From NCBI GenBank assembly GCA_046538485.1, contig JBKHIT010000023.1, positions 1 through 64,000 on the forward strand: 64,000 nt of DNA, written 5' to 3'. The stretch comes from Candidatus Brocadiia bacterium. GTDB lineage: Bacteria > Planctomycetota > Brocadiia > SM23-32. Positions within the stretch are counted from its first letter, which is position 1, and every line of letters begins with the position of its first letter. A program made the translations under genes and the position numbers. Below the pieces are notes generated by a model, which saw only the letters and a program-made list of their open reading frames with translations, was not told the origin of the DNA and searched no databases. Positions 28,379 to 38,504 of the stretch are shown piece by piece.

Positions 28379-28574
28379 CAAGTACTGTAGCCATAGTGAT
28401 ACAGACATTCAAGTATTAAAAGAGAGCTTGAATGCACTATTTGGGCTGTTAATCGAACCGTACGCCGCTTATTCATGCATAAGCGAGCGGATATTATATG
28501 TTTGTCCGCGGGTGTCCGCGGGCTGTAAAGGTTGTATAATTGTACCCATGTGATCTCACATGCGGGGAGAAGAG

Positions 28575-29708
28575 ATGTCCGGGAACAAAAAAAACGGCCG
28601 GCAAACCGAGCGTGTGGTGGACGGGGTTGAGCTGGGTATTCGCGAGGGCACGTTTGCACCGGGAACGCCGATACCGTCGTATCGTTCGCTCAGCGATCTG
28701 TACGATGTAAGTATCAATACGGTAAGACGCGCCATAGATATTCTGGTTGGGAAAGGCTTGTTGTACCGAAAAGAACGGAGCGGGACCTATGTTCGCGCGG
28801 AGCTTTCGACGGAAAATTCAAGCGATTCAAACGGTTTGAACTGCGTAACGGTGATTGAGAAACCCCAGCCGTTGTCTCGCGCCGGCTTCCAGCAGGCATA
28901 CATGGCGGGTTACACCGAGGCGATGGAGCACCTGGATATCAAGATGCGTTTCGAGGTCTGGCAAAAAAATCTTGATGATTTTGGAGTCCTGATTGCGGAT
29001 CGTTTTTCGGCGAAAGACCAGGGGTGCGTGTTGGTTAATTTTGTCGATAGAGATTTTATGCAATGGTTGGATCGAATGGACCTGCCTTTTGTCGTCCAAT
29101 ACTACTGTTATTATCCTACAGAGGAGTTGCCGCCGCATGATCGTGTTTACGTCAACAAGATGAAAGCTGGCTTTGAAGCCACGCAACATCTACTGGATAT
29201 TGGTCATCGACGGATTGGTTTCGCGGGACATTCCCGGGCGTCGGACAATCTACCGGGGCTGTACGACGGGTATCGTGCTGCCCTGCTGCGTGCAGGGACC
29301 GGACCACGTAGCGGGGATATTATGGAATTTTCTACTGACGAAGTCTCGGCTGCGCTTTCGCCTGTGCGGAAATTTTTGGGCCGAAATAATCTCCCAACAG
29401 CTGTGTTCTGCAAAACCGATGCCCTGGCCATTGCTTTTCTGAAAGTGGCACCCGAAGTGGGGATCCACGTGCCGGATGATTTAAGCGTGGTGGGGTTTAA
29501 CGACCTGCCGGCAGCAGCAAAGTCGGATCCGCCTCTGACAACCATAGCCAGTCCTCGCCGGTTCCTCGGGAAAACGGCGGTGGAATTATTATTCTCGTCA
29601 GCCTCAGAGGACAGGGATGGTCCACAAGAACGTGTTCTGGGTTGCCATCTTTTGTTGCGTGAGAGCACGGCTCCCGCGGATAAGGCTGCGAGTGGCGTTA
29701 TTTTGTGA
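28575..29708 (+). CDS. GntR wHTH + LacI-type sugar-binding-domain regulator
   Basis: IPSYRSL..VSINTVRRAI..SGTYV; GHRRIG; VPDDLSVVGFND; PPLTTI. Confidence 0.93.
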   Translation: MSGNKKNGRQTERVVDGVELGIREGTFAPGTPIPSYRSLSDLYDVSINTVRRAIDILVGKGLLYRKERSGTYVRAELSTENSSDSNGLNCVTVIEKPQPLSRAGFQQAYMAGYTEAMEHLDIKMRFEVWQKNLDDFGVLIADRFSAKDQGCVLVNFVDRDFMQWLDRMDLPFVVQYYCYYPTEELPPHDRVYVNKMKAGFEATQHLLDIGHRRIGFAGHSRASDNLPGLYDGYRAALLRAGTGPRSGDIMEFSTDEVSAALSPVRKFLGRNNLPTAVFCKTDALAIAFLKVAPEVGIHVPDDLSVVGFNDLPAAAKSDPPLTTIASPRRFLGKTAVELLFSSASEDRDGPQERVLGCHLLLRESTAPADKAASGVIL

Positions 29709-29746
29709 ACTAAAACAAAACTATAGGACAAGTAAAGGAGAAATGG

Positions 29747-30012
29747 ATGCGTAAGAGAGCGCTGGGAAGAATACTCGAATTGCGTTCCATAGAATGGGCT
29801 TATGAAACTACCAGAAAAAAGAAAAGGTATGAAAACCACGGTTTCACGCTCATTGAGCTGCTGGTTGTAATCGCTATCATTGCCATTTTGGCCGCGATGT
29901 CGTCGCCGGGCATGTCGCCTATTCGCCCGAATACGATTGGCTGCATGCCAAATTCTGGGGTCGTAAGGCGGATGGGTCCTATATCTCAGGTTATTACGTG
30001 TATGAACCTTGA
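29747..30012 (+). pseudogene. Prepilin-type gene, copy 2, with its central domain deleted
   Basis: [20 protein letters not shown] ends at 29899; another frame then reads VVAGHVAYSPEYDWLHAKFWGRKADGSYISGYYVYEP* (stop at 30010-30012). Confidence 0.8.
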
Positions 30013-30102
30013 TTGAAAAGTAATTTTCGGATCGCTAAGCGGCCCAAGAATTTGTTTCCTTCAGCGCAGGAGCTTGGCCAAATTAGGATTACGAGTAATC
30101 AC

Positions 30103-32742
30103 ATGATTGGCAGTTTTTTCGCGGATAGAGCGCTCGCGATTCTTGTAGCCTACTTGATTCTGCTTGTCACGATTATCCCTGCTGGAGCGTTCGATCTCGT
30201 CCGCGACGGGGAACCTCGGGCGAAGATCTACGTCGATACGCAGGGAACGCAAAAGAAAACAGCCGATATCCTCCGAAATGCATCAGGTTGGTTGAAGGAA
30301 GCTGTCAGAAAAGCCACCGGCGCTGAGCTGATTGTTGTGGACAAAGAACCAGCGGGGGCATCGATCGTTCTGGCGCGTTCCGTTCGGTATCCTGATATTG
30401 CCCGGCAAGCAAAACTGCAAAAAGATAATATCGATGCTTTTGCGGTGGTGACCGGGGACAATCGCGCCTACATCCTCGGCCAGAGCGAACTTGCGGTACG
30501 GCACGGCGTTGCCACACTCCTGCACGGGTGGGGTTTCCGCTATTTTAACCCGTCTCCTCGATGGTGGATCACGCCGAAACGTGACGATCTGGCCATCAAG
30601 GAAACGTTCGCTGAAGCCCCGGGGATGCGCGGGCGGCGGATATGGTATGCCTATGGGGTACGACATCGAAAATTGAAGGAGCGCTACAATCGATGGGCCG
30701 CGGCCAATCGACTCGGCTCCGCAGCCGGCTTCAGCACGGGACATAGCTACGGGAATATCGTCGGACGAAATAGAAAAGAATTTGAAAACCATCCCGAGTA
30801 TTTGAACATGCTCGAGAACGGAGAACGTTACAAATTGAAGCGGGGGGGGCGTTTCAGCGGTAAGTTCTGCTACTCCAATCCAGACCTCGTAAAACTGGTC
30901 GTTGCCGACCGCATCAAAAAACTCGAGCAGAGACGAAAGAACAACCCCTACGCATTTATGGTTTCAGTGGATCCCTCAGACGGAGGAGGAACCTGTCACT
31001 GTGAGGATTGTAAGGCGCTTGGAAGCTCAACTGACCGCGTAATTTACCTGGCCAATCAGGTCGCAAGGGGATTGCGTAAGAAACATCCGGGAGCCTGGGT
31101 GGGTCTGTATGCCTACGCGTCACACCGCCTGCCCCCGACCATTGAGGTGGAGCCGAACGTCTACGTGCAGGTGGCGATGGCTTTTAACAGAACCCGCTAC
31201 AGCCTGCCGGAACTGGTCAGCAAGTGGGCCGAGAAAGTGTCTATGCTGGGATTGCGGGAATATTACGGCGTTGAACACTGGGATTGGGGTCTGCCAGGCC
31301 GGATTCGAGGCGCGTCCGTCGCCTACCAAAAGAAATGGATCCCTTACTATTACAAGCGGAATGTGAATGCCATTAATGCCGAGAGCAATGCCAACTGGGG
31401 CGGCCAGACGCTCGGGTTTCTGGTGGCCGCGCACTTGATGTGGGATCCCCACGCGGATGTCGCGGCGATTCTGGACGATTACTACCAGAAAGCCTTCGGG
31501 AAAGCGGCCGGTCACATGCGGAAACTTCAGACGAAGTTCGATCAGAGACCGTCATTTCGGCTGTCCAAAATGCTGAAATTGTTCGAACCCCTGGAAGCAG
31601 CTTATCAGACGGCCGAACCCCCCGATGTTCGCAAACGCATCGTCGATATGATGGCATATTTGCACTACGTTTTGCTCTACAGGGATTACAGCGTGGAGGC
31701 ATCCCGAAGCGATAAAGACGCCGAATACGCGGCTCTCAACACGTTGATGCAGTACGCATGGCAGACGCGTCTGCGAGGAATGGTTCATTATTACGCGCTT
31801 GCAAGGCGTTTGTGCAATGCCAAACCAATTCGGGACGGCCGTTTTGAGTTCCACATGTACGGGCATGGGGAAGGAAAGAAAAAACCGCCGGTCTGGAAAG
31901 TCGGGGGAAAACAGCGTGACGAAGACATTAAGGAACTGTTTGGAGCCCGTACCATTAAGGGAGAACTTGAAGACGAAGATATCATACGCCTTTTCCGCTC
32001 CGACCTGCGGCGGCTTGAGAAAGCTCCTGATCCGTATAAGACGTACTCGTCTCGACTTGAACGGGTAACTGTCCCTGTCACACGGGGCACCGATCCTGGC
32101 AGAGGAGGAAGCGGGGATTTTCAGAGCCGCGCCGGGCCAGTTCACGCTGTGCTGGTTGCGGATCAGCGCCAGACCATACGGTTCAAAATCCAGAGTTTGT
32201 CCGGTAGTACAACCATCCGGATTCTCGGCGAGGACGAGCGGGCGATTCTGGAAAAGAAAATCGATAAGAGTGATACGGGAAAGATCGAACTCGAGCTGCC
32301 AGAAGCCGGCAGCTATCCCGTCCGAATCAAGGGCGCGTTTCGCCTGCATGTGCCGCGCGAAACACCTCTGATGTTCAGCGCGTCCTATAAAAATCCTGTG
32401 TGGATCAACTACAGTGGCCCGCATTATTTTTACGTGCCGAAGGGGACCGAACAGATCATTTTTAATGGCACTCCACGGCTGAGCCTGATTGTGCCGGGGA
32501 AGGGACGACGCGATTTCTCATCGGCGGACCGTGCGAAAGGCAAAAATTACGTCGCCCTGGATGTCCCCGAAGGTGCCGATGGACGCGTCTGGCGGACGAT
32601 GAATCAGACACGCGGAAACGTGCGGCTTATCAATATCCCCCCGTACATGAGTTTCTATCCCGACCGAATTGTCGTGCCAAAAGAGATTGCTGAGAAAGAT
32701 AATGTGAAGCTCGGATGGAGCGACTTTGAGGAAGAAAGGTAG
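30103..32742 (+). CDS. Secreted DUF4838-like protein (putative glycoside hydrolase)
   Basis: Signal peptide ending AGA-FDLV; GFRYF.P; GHSY..HPEY; FCYSNP; DGGGTCHCEDC; LYAY; LMWDP. Confidence 0.8.
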   Translation: MIGSFFADRALAILVAYLILLVTIIPAGAFDLVRDGEPRAKIYVDTQGTQKKTADILRNASGWLKEAVRKATGAELIVVDKEPAGASIVLARSVRYPDIARQAKLQKDNIDAFAVVTGDNRAYILGQSELAVRHGVATLLHGWGFRYFNPSPRWWITPKRDDLAIKETFAEAPGMRGRRIWYAYGVRHRKLKERYNRWAAANRLGSAAGFSTGHSYGNIVGRNRKEFENHPEYLNMLENGERYKLKRGGRFSGKFCYSNPDLVKLVVADRIKKLEQRRKNNPYAFMVSVDPSDGGGTCHCEDCKALGSSTDRVIYLANQVARGLRKKHPGAWVGLYAYASHRLPPTIEVEPNVYVQVAMAFNRTRYSLPELVSKWAEKVSMLGLREYYGVEHWDWGLPGRIRGASVAYQKKWIPYYYKRNVNAINAESNANWGGQTLGFLVAAHLMWDPHADVAAILDDYYQKAFGKAAGHMRKLQTKFDQRPSFRLSKMLKLFEPLEAAYQTAEPPDVRKRIVDMMAYLHYVLLYRDYSVEASRSDKDAEYAALNTLMQYAWQTRLRGMVHYYALARRLCNAKPIRDGRFEFHMYGHGEGKKKPPVWKVGGKQRDEDIKELFGARTIKGELEDEDIIRLFRSDLRRLEKAPDPYKTYSSRLERVTVPVTRGTDPGRGGSGDFQSRAGPVHAVLVADQRQTIRFKIQSLSGSTTIRILGEDERAILEKKIDKSDTGKIELELPEAGSYPVRIKGAFRLHVPRETPLMFSASYKNPVWINYSGPHYFYVPKGTEQIIFNGTPRLSLIVPGKGRRDFSSADRAKGKNYVALDVPEGADGRVWRTMNQTRGNVRLINIPPYMSFYPDRIVVPKEIAEKDNVKLGWSDFEEER

Positions 32743-32745
32743 GAT

Positions 32746-35160
32746 ATGTTTGGTAAATACCCTGGCGCAGTGGTGTTGTTTTTGTTCGTGGCATTTTTGG
32801 ATGCGGGGAGACTGATGGCGAGGGAGAGCAAACTGACGATCCCGGCAAAAGATTTTGTCGGAGGCTGCCACTCAACTTTTTACAAGGGAAACGATGCGAA
32901 ATACGGTGAAGGGTATTCGTATCGGGGCGCGCGCAAGGTGTCCATTTTTTCACGGGGCGTGGAAGGCAATTCCATAACCGCTCGATTCACGCTGAAGGGG
33001 ACCCCGCTGGGAGAATCCGCACTGAAAATTGTGGGGCTGGATGATGGAAAGAAGGGAAATGTTCCCATCCGTGTGATTCTGAATGGCAAGATCGTTCACG
33101 AAGGCGAGACTGTTTTCAAGGATAGCCCGCATATCTATACGCCACGAGGTTGGACGCCCCAGACCATCAAATTACGGCGGGAAGTTTTTGTCGAAGGCAA
33201 AAACAAGCTCACAATCGAGAATATGGATGATGGTCACGAGGACTCGCTCCGCTGGATGTTCGTCCACCAGGCAGAAGCTGTCTTTCCGGAGGGCGGCGTG
33301 AAAGGAAAAGTTGAGCGGGGTGAGGATTTCATGGGCCGACAATATCTTCAAGGATTGGTGGAGCCGATTGTTTACCCGGCGGCTCTCAAGCATAACACGA
33401 TCCACCTCATAGAAGACCGCTTCTTGCAGCAAGGGTTTACGGCGATGGCAGTGGGCAAATACAACGGCCGCAAGGTCAGGGCGGTCATCGAAATCTCTCG
33501 AAGTGTGGAGGCGCTGGTGGTTCGGGGGCAGGAACTGAACCGCGAAAATATCGTCCGCGACAAGGTCCCGTATCAGCGGTTGACCGTGGCGTTCAAACTG
33601 AAGACTATGTCGGGGCGCCGGATCCATTACTACGGTTATCCGCTTCTGGCCCTGAAACCTGATAAATCCGGTCGGTTGCCCGATGCGCACGTTCACATGG
33701 AAGTGGATGGAGATCCTCATCCTGAAAAGACGTTCGGTATCAAGGCCTGGCCGATTCACCGGGACCACAAGCGACCGGAGAATTTCAGTCTCGGAGTGTG
33801 GGGAGCGTCACGACCGAAGGACAAACGGGTGGCCGCGGATTACGGCGAGTTGCTGAGAGAAAACGGTTTCGCGCTGGTTTTCGGGACCACCAACAGAGGG
33901 GAGGCGAATTTTTTCCACGAACATGACATAAAATACTATACTCGTTTCGGCCCACATCATCCCAGCGAGAAACATCCCACCGTCAAATGGGATGGAAGCA
34001 CAAATCCCCGAGAAGCAGATCCGCTTTATCTGATCTACGGCGAAGATGCCATGCAACTCCCCACATTCCAGCGTGCCATACAAGCGGCCGAAAAAGACTG
34101 GCTGGACGGGGTCTGCTGCGATTACGAACTGATGGCGGATTCCTGGAGTGACCGATCGATTCGCGAATTCAAGAAATTTATTAAGCCGAAGAAACCGCGT
34201 TTAGCCCAATACAGCAAAGAGAAATTGCGGGAGTTGGCCACCGATCCCGAGACCGGGCAGTACTCCCCGTTCCCTGAATGGCAGGATTACCGCCGGTGGC
34301 TCAATGCGAGAATTGTGGGCCGTATGCAGGACGAGATACATAAGATCCGCCCTGATATGCCCTATTTAAGTCTCGCCTCGGCGAGTGATATGCCCTGTTA
34401 CTGGTGGAACGCGAGCGGAAGAGGGCGGTTCCGGTTGGAAGATCTTGTGAGAGAAGTGGATCAGGTCGCCTGCTCCGTCTACCACTACGACAACCCGGGT
34501 GGTTTGCCTTCGATCCCGGAGATTGTCAGGACGGCCCACCGGTTTTCCGAAGGCCAGGATGTGGAGATACACCTGATCGGGATTTTCGCCGGAACGCTCA
34601 TTGAACTCTATCGCTACGATAAGGTGCATCTGCCGGCGTGGGCGATGCGACTCGATATTGTGCTGGCCGGCGCAGAGGGCGGAAATGCCTTCCACTTTTT
34701 CCGGGGTGACCAGCTCGACGGGGAATATTTTTCAGCGGCTTCGCGGGCCCTGCATGAACTCGCTGTTCTGGAGCCTCTGTTGATGAAAGGGAAGCCGGCT
34801 GATGAGCGGGTGAGGATCTCTTTTCCGAAGAAACCTGACTATACCCTGGCGCGAAGTTCGAACCACACCTTCGGCAGCAAATTATTGTGGGCTGGAAGTT
34901 TGGATAAACAAAGGAAAGCGATGCTTCGCGTTCTGCCGGACGGACGGTTGCTGCTTTTGCTGTTCAACTTCATGGATGTCCCTGCTGATATGAAAGTCAT
35001 GATTCAGGGCGCACTGCCGGCCAAAAGATATGAGCTGAAGACGCTCCTGGCGGGAGAGGAGTCGGGTCCATCGGTGGTTTCTCCGGCCGAGGGATTCGTG
35101 CAAAATGTATCATCTCGCGACCTGAGCGCGTTACTTTTGAACCCCACAGACGGCGATTGA
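32746..35160 (+). CDS. Secreted hypothetical protein: N-terminal beta-sandwich (CBM-like) + putative TIM-barrel GH-like domain
   Basis: Signal peptide; VILNGK..GKNKLTIEN; DGVCCDYE; WQDYR. Confidence 0.7.
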   Translation: MFGKYPGAVVLFLFVAFLDAGRLMARESKLTIPAKDFVGGCHSTFYKGNDAKYGEGYSYRGARKVSIFSRGVEGNSITARFTLKGTPLGESALKIVGLDDGKKGNVPIRVILNGKIVHEGETVFKDSPHIYTPRGWTPQTIKLRREVFVEGKNKLTIENMDDGHEDSLRWMFVHQAEAVFPEGGVKGKVERGEDFMGRQYLQGLVEPIVYPAALKHNTIHLIEDRFLQQGFTAMAVGKYNGRKVRAVIEISRSVEALVVRGQELNRENIVRDKVPYQRLTVAFKLKTMSGRRIHYYGYPLLALKPDKSGRLPDAHVHMEVDGDPHPEKTFGIKAWPIHRDHKRPENFSLGVWGASRPKDKRVAADYGELLRENGFALVFGTTNRGEANFFHEHDIKYYTRFGPHHPSEKHPTVKWDGSTNPREADPLYLIYGEDAMQLPTFQRAIQAAEKDWLDGVCCDYELMADSWSDRSIREFKKFIKPKKPRLAQYSKEKLRELATDPETGQYSPFPEWQDYRRWLNARIVGRMQDEIHKIRPDMPYLSLASASDMPCYWWNASGRGRFRLEDLVREVDQVACSVYHYDNPGGLPSIPEIVRTAHRFSEGQDVEIHLIGIFAGTLIELYRYDKVHLPAWAMRLDIVLAGAEGGNAFHFFRGDQLDGEYFSAASRALHELAVLEPLLMKGKPADERVRISFPKKPDYTLARSSNHTFGSKLLWAGSLDKQRKAMLRVLPDGRLLLLLFNFMDVPADMKVMIQGALPAKRYELKTLLAGEESGPSVVSPAEGFVQNVSSRDLSALLLNPTDGD

Positions 35161-35273
35161 TATTCTGAAGTTGTTTTTGGAGATGAGATTGAGTTGATCT
35201 GACCCGTGAGGAAATCGCCTGGCCTTAGCGCAGAAGTTGGTATGTGCTTAGCCTGTAAAATTCCGTTTCGTAG

Positions 35274-35370
35274 GTCATTGCGAGCCCATCGCGAGATGGG
35301 CGAAGCAATCTCGTCGTTTTGTCAGCCCAACAGCGAGATTGCCGCGGCGGCGATGCCGCCTCGCAATGAC
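35274..35370. repeat. 97-bp palindromic REP/MITE-like element
   Basis: Terminal inverted repeats GTCATTGCGAG/CTCGCAATGAC; internal GCAATCTCG/CGAGATTGC, GCCCATC/GATGGGC and GGCGGC/GCCGCC stems. Confidence 0.85.
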
Positions 35371-35471
35371 ACGTCAGCCTGAATAATTGGTCGCAACGCA
35401 CGCTAAAGGCCATTAGATTGAAATCTTCTTCTAGGATGCGACCTGATTCTGCGTCCTGTTCTGGAGGTTGT

Positions 35472-36284
35472 ATGATGGATATTTTTGCCAAAACGAGAAA
35501 ATTATGCAGTGCATTTACGCTTATCGAATTGCTTGTCGTTATCGCGATTATCGCTATACTGGCAGCAATGCTGATGCCGGCGCTGCAGAGGGCGCGCGAG
35601 AGCGCTCGCCGAACTGCGTGTGCAAATTATCTGAGGCAGTGGGGACTCGCCCTGGAGATGTATGCCAATGATTACGATGGTTGGATGCCGTCAAAAAACG
35701 GCGGTGGCAGCGATTACATGGTCCGCAACGGAATACGAGTCGAAGGTATCCCGGCCTTGAAAAGTTACGGTGTGACAAACGATATTATCGTCTGTCCCAA
35801 TGTCCCCGATGGAGACGGATGGGCCAAAAAGGGTTATTACCAGGATCATTGGGACAACGAATCCAATACCGTCTGCATCGGTTACATGTATTACGCGGGG
35901 GTTGGAAACGACTCCCGTGGCCAGAGCCGTAACGAGCCCTACGGGTGGTACTACTGGGCCATGCACAGTTCTCCCCGGCGGCATGTCCCGACGGTGAATA
36001 AACGTTTCAAGGAGTACGTAAACTGGTACGGACAACACCTGCCGGCTCGTCCGTCCCGGGACGGCGTGATGATGGATGTGTTTTACGAGGGACTTACGTA
36101 CAGGGGACATACCAGGCACGATGGTGCCACGTACTGCCCCAATCCCTATGGCATGGCTCACGAATACGCGATGGAATCGACCGCGGGGGGAAACGTATTG
36201 TATGCCGACAGTCACATAGAGTGGGTGATTCCAGGACCGGATACGTTGCGCAAAGAGGCCAGTCAGTACGTGATGTACTACTGA
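35472..36284 (+). CDS. Prepilin-type N-terminal cleavage/methylation protein (DUF1559-like), copy 3
   Basis: [70 protein letters not shown]. Confidence 0.93.
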   Translation: MMDIFAKTRKLCSAFTLIELLVVIAIIAILAAMLMPALQRARESARRTACANYLRQWGLALEMYANDYDGWMPSKNGGGSDYMVRNGIRVEGIPALKSYGVTNDIIVCPNVPDGDGWAKKGYYQDHWDNESNTVCIGYMYYAGVGNDSRGQSRNEPYGWYYWAMHSSPRRHVPTVNKRFKEYVNWYGQHLPARPSRDGVMMDVFYEGLTYRGHTRHDGATYCPNPYGMAHEYAMESTAGGNVLYADSHIEWVIPGPDTLRKEASQYVMYY

Positions 36285-36414
36285 TAGGTCAGGGGCAGGA
36301 CAGTTGTGCAGAGGAACGCTCAACGTAGTGCTCGCAGAATCAATTGACAGATCCCTCCCCGAAAGCCCAAAATCTCCCCCTCATTTGATGTTCAGCCTCC
36401 GGGGCTCAAGCATA

Positions 36415-36800
36415 AGGAGAGCAACGACAAAGTCAATGATGCCTGGCGTGCCAAGGCCCATCTGCACAATTCCTATCAGAATATGCTCTGGCTCGGGCCC
36501 ACTGTCTGGGGCGATCACGACATGTTCCATAGCTCCGATACTTTCGCCGGCCGGATGATGGCGGTGAGCAAAGCGGTCAGCGGAGGCCCGATTTACCTGT
36601 CCGATGATCCTGATGATTTCAATCCTGGTCATGTGTGGCCGCTTTGCGACGCGGACGGGCGTCTTTTCGGTCCCCTTGCACCAGCGGTCCCTCTGCCACG
36701 TAGCGCTGATATCGATCCTTTTGATCACCCCAAACCATATCTGGTAGCCGCTCCATTACCGAACAAAGCCGCTGCTATCGTTGCCCAGAGTAACTTGTGA
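36415..36800 (+). pseudogene. Internal fragment of a Sip1/raffinose-synthase-like (GH36) alpha-galactosidase
   Basis: HLHNSYQNMLWLG..WGDHDMFHS..AVSGGPIYLSD; both ends missing. Confidence 0.8.
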
Positions 36801-36852
36801 CTGAAAAGCCAGGCAGTCGATTTCTGGAACTTAGCAGGAGAGGAAAAGACGT

Positions 36853-37083
36853 ATGAACATTGATCTGGGAAGTATTCATCGCAAGCGAGATGCGAAATCA
36901 CGTTCAATCAGCGCCGAAAATCCCACCGGTGAACGTGGGAAAGGCGCGATGGCTGATCCGGGTGGAGAAGGCGCCGCACGGGAACTGGGTGTTGGTTGGA
37001 AGGTAAGCCCGTGTTTGAGGAACGTGAAAGCCGGTGAGACGAAGACAATTATGGATGTGTCGGGCCCCGGTGTCATCCGGCAC
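36853..37083 (+). pseudogene. N-terminal fragment of a DUF2961/GH172-like protein
   Basis: SRSISAENPTGERG..LGVGWKVSP..GPGVIRH, after which similarity ends; the ORF runs on to 37188. Confidence 0.8.
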
Positions 37084-37174
37084 GGAATGACCGCGAAATC
37101 ATCTAACAGGGCGAGTCTTAAATGGATTGCCGGGCGGGAGCTGTTTGAAAACGTGGCCTGGAGAGATGCCTGGT

Positions 37175-38239
37175 TTATGGTGGCGTAACCTGACCATCCA
37201 GGTCCCAGAGAGCTTCCCAGCTCTGGTTGTCTTTCCATAGAAAAACCTGGCCTTTAATGAAACGACAGTTTTTGTCGGCGCTTGCAATAGCGTCCATTTC
37301 CTCGTCACTGAGGGGATCTGTCACCGTTGCTCGCAGATTGGCCAGGTAGTGCGCCGGTGTGGTGGAGAAAGGTATCGGGACCTGACCTCTCTGGACGGCC
37401 CACTTGACGCACACAACCGCCGGGTGTATCCCGTGCTTATCAGCGATTTGCTGGATCACGGGATCTTCGATGGGAGCGGTATCTTCCGGCGTTCTGTCTC
37501 GCTCGGGACGTTCCGGCGAACCGATGGGGCAGAACCCGATGGCGACCATGCCGTTGCCTCGCACGTAATTGAACAACTGGGGTTGCTGAAAATGCGGATG
37601 AAGTTCCATCTCGTTGCAGGCGGGGAGTATGTTTGCGTCCCGAAACAGAAGTTCCAGTTTGGGAATCGTCATGTTTGACGTCCCGATATTACGTGCCAGA
37701 CCCATTTCCACCAGTTTTTCCATCTCCCCCCAGGTTTCCATGTATTCTTCGTGGATGTACGGTTTTGCGTCAGGGGCACGGGACGTTACGTCGCAACCCG
37801 GTGGATGGTAATTGGGGAAAGGCCAGTGAACCAGGTAAAGGTCCAGGTAGTCCAGCTGGAGGTCGCTCAGAGACTGTTTGCAGGCAGGTATGACGTTTCC
37901 CTTGCCGTGATTGTCGTTCCACAGTTTGGACGTAATCCACAGATCTTCGCGTTTGATCCCCTTGTTGGTGATTTCTCGGAGCGATTTTCCGATGAGGTCT
38001 TCGTTGTCGTAGACAGCCGCGCAGTCAAAGTGGCGGTATCCAATTTCCGCCGCACCCCTGACGGCTTCAGCGATTTGCTCACCCGACACATGGTCTGAAC
38101 CAAAAGTGCCGAGTCCGATGGCTGGCATTTCGTCGCCGGTGCGTAATGTGCGTTTTGGGACACGATCTGGATCGACAGGGGAGCTGTGAGTTTCAGCCGC
38201 CTTTTCCGCGGTCATTTTCTGAGCCCTTTCCTCCTCCAT
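37175..38239 (-). CDS. Aldo/keto reductase
   Basis: IGLGTF, GYRHFDCAAVYDNE, ITSKLWN, LDLYLVHWP, IGTSN. Confidence 0.95.
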   Translation of the reverse strand: MEEERAQKMTAEKAAETHSSPVDPDRVPKRTLRTGDEMPAIGLGTFGSDHVSGEQIAEAVRGAAEIGYRHFDCAAVYDNEDLIGKSLREITNKGIKREDLWITSKLWNDNHGKGNVIPACKQSLSDLQLDYLDLYLVHWPFPNYHPPGCDVTSRAPDAKPYIHEEYMETWGEMEKLVEMGLARNIGTSNMTIPKLELLFRDANILPACNEMELHPHFQQPQLFNYVRGNGMVAIGFCPIGSPERPERDRTPEDTAPIEDPVIQQIADKHGIHPAVVCVKWAVQRGQVPIPFSTTPAHYLANLRATVTDPLSDEEMDAIASADKNCRFIKGQVFLWKDNQSWEALWDLDGQVTPP

Positions 38240-38312
38240 AAGAAGCGCTGAAGTACCTCGCCTGATTCCATTTCTTCCGGTGATTTTTGACGTTCAATGA
38301 CAGGTTTTACGG

Positions 38313-38341
38313 AGTATACAGGCAAGCGGCGTGCTTGTAAA
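38313..38341 (-). promoter_or_regulatory. Sigma70-type promoter for the aldo/keto reductase
   Basis: Minus strand TTTACA-N17-TATACT. Confidence 0.55.
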
Positions 38342-38504
38342 AATGCACCTGCAGACATTCGACCAAATCGGGTTCTGAAGTGGTAACCGAAATGTGGTAA
38401 AGTAACTGGGGATTCCGGTAGAACGGAATCCCGATGCTGAAAAGTTGACTCTGGCGCTTTGTGTGGTCTTTTGCGGACATAATTTTTTGGAGATAGGTAT
38501 TACA

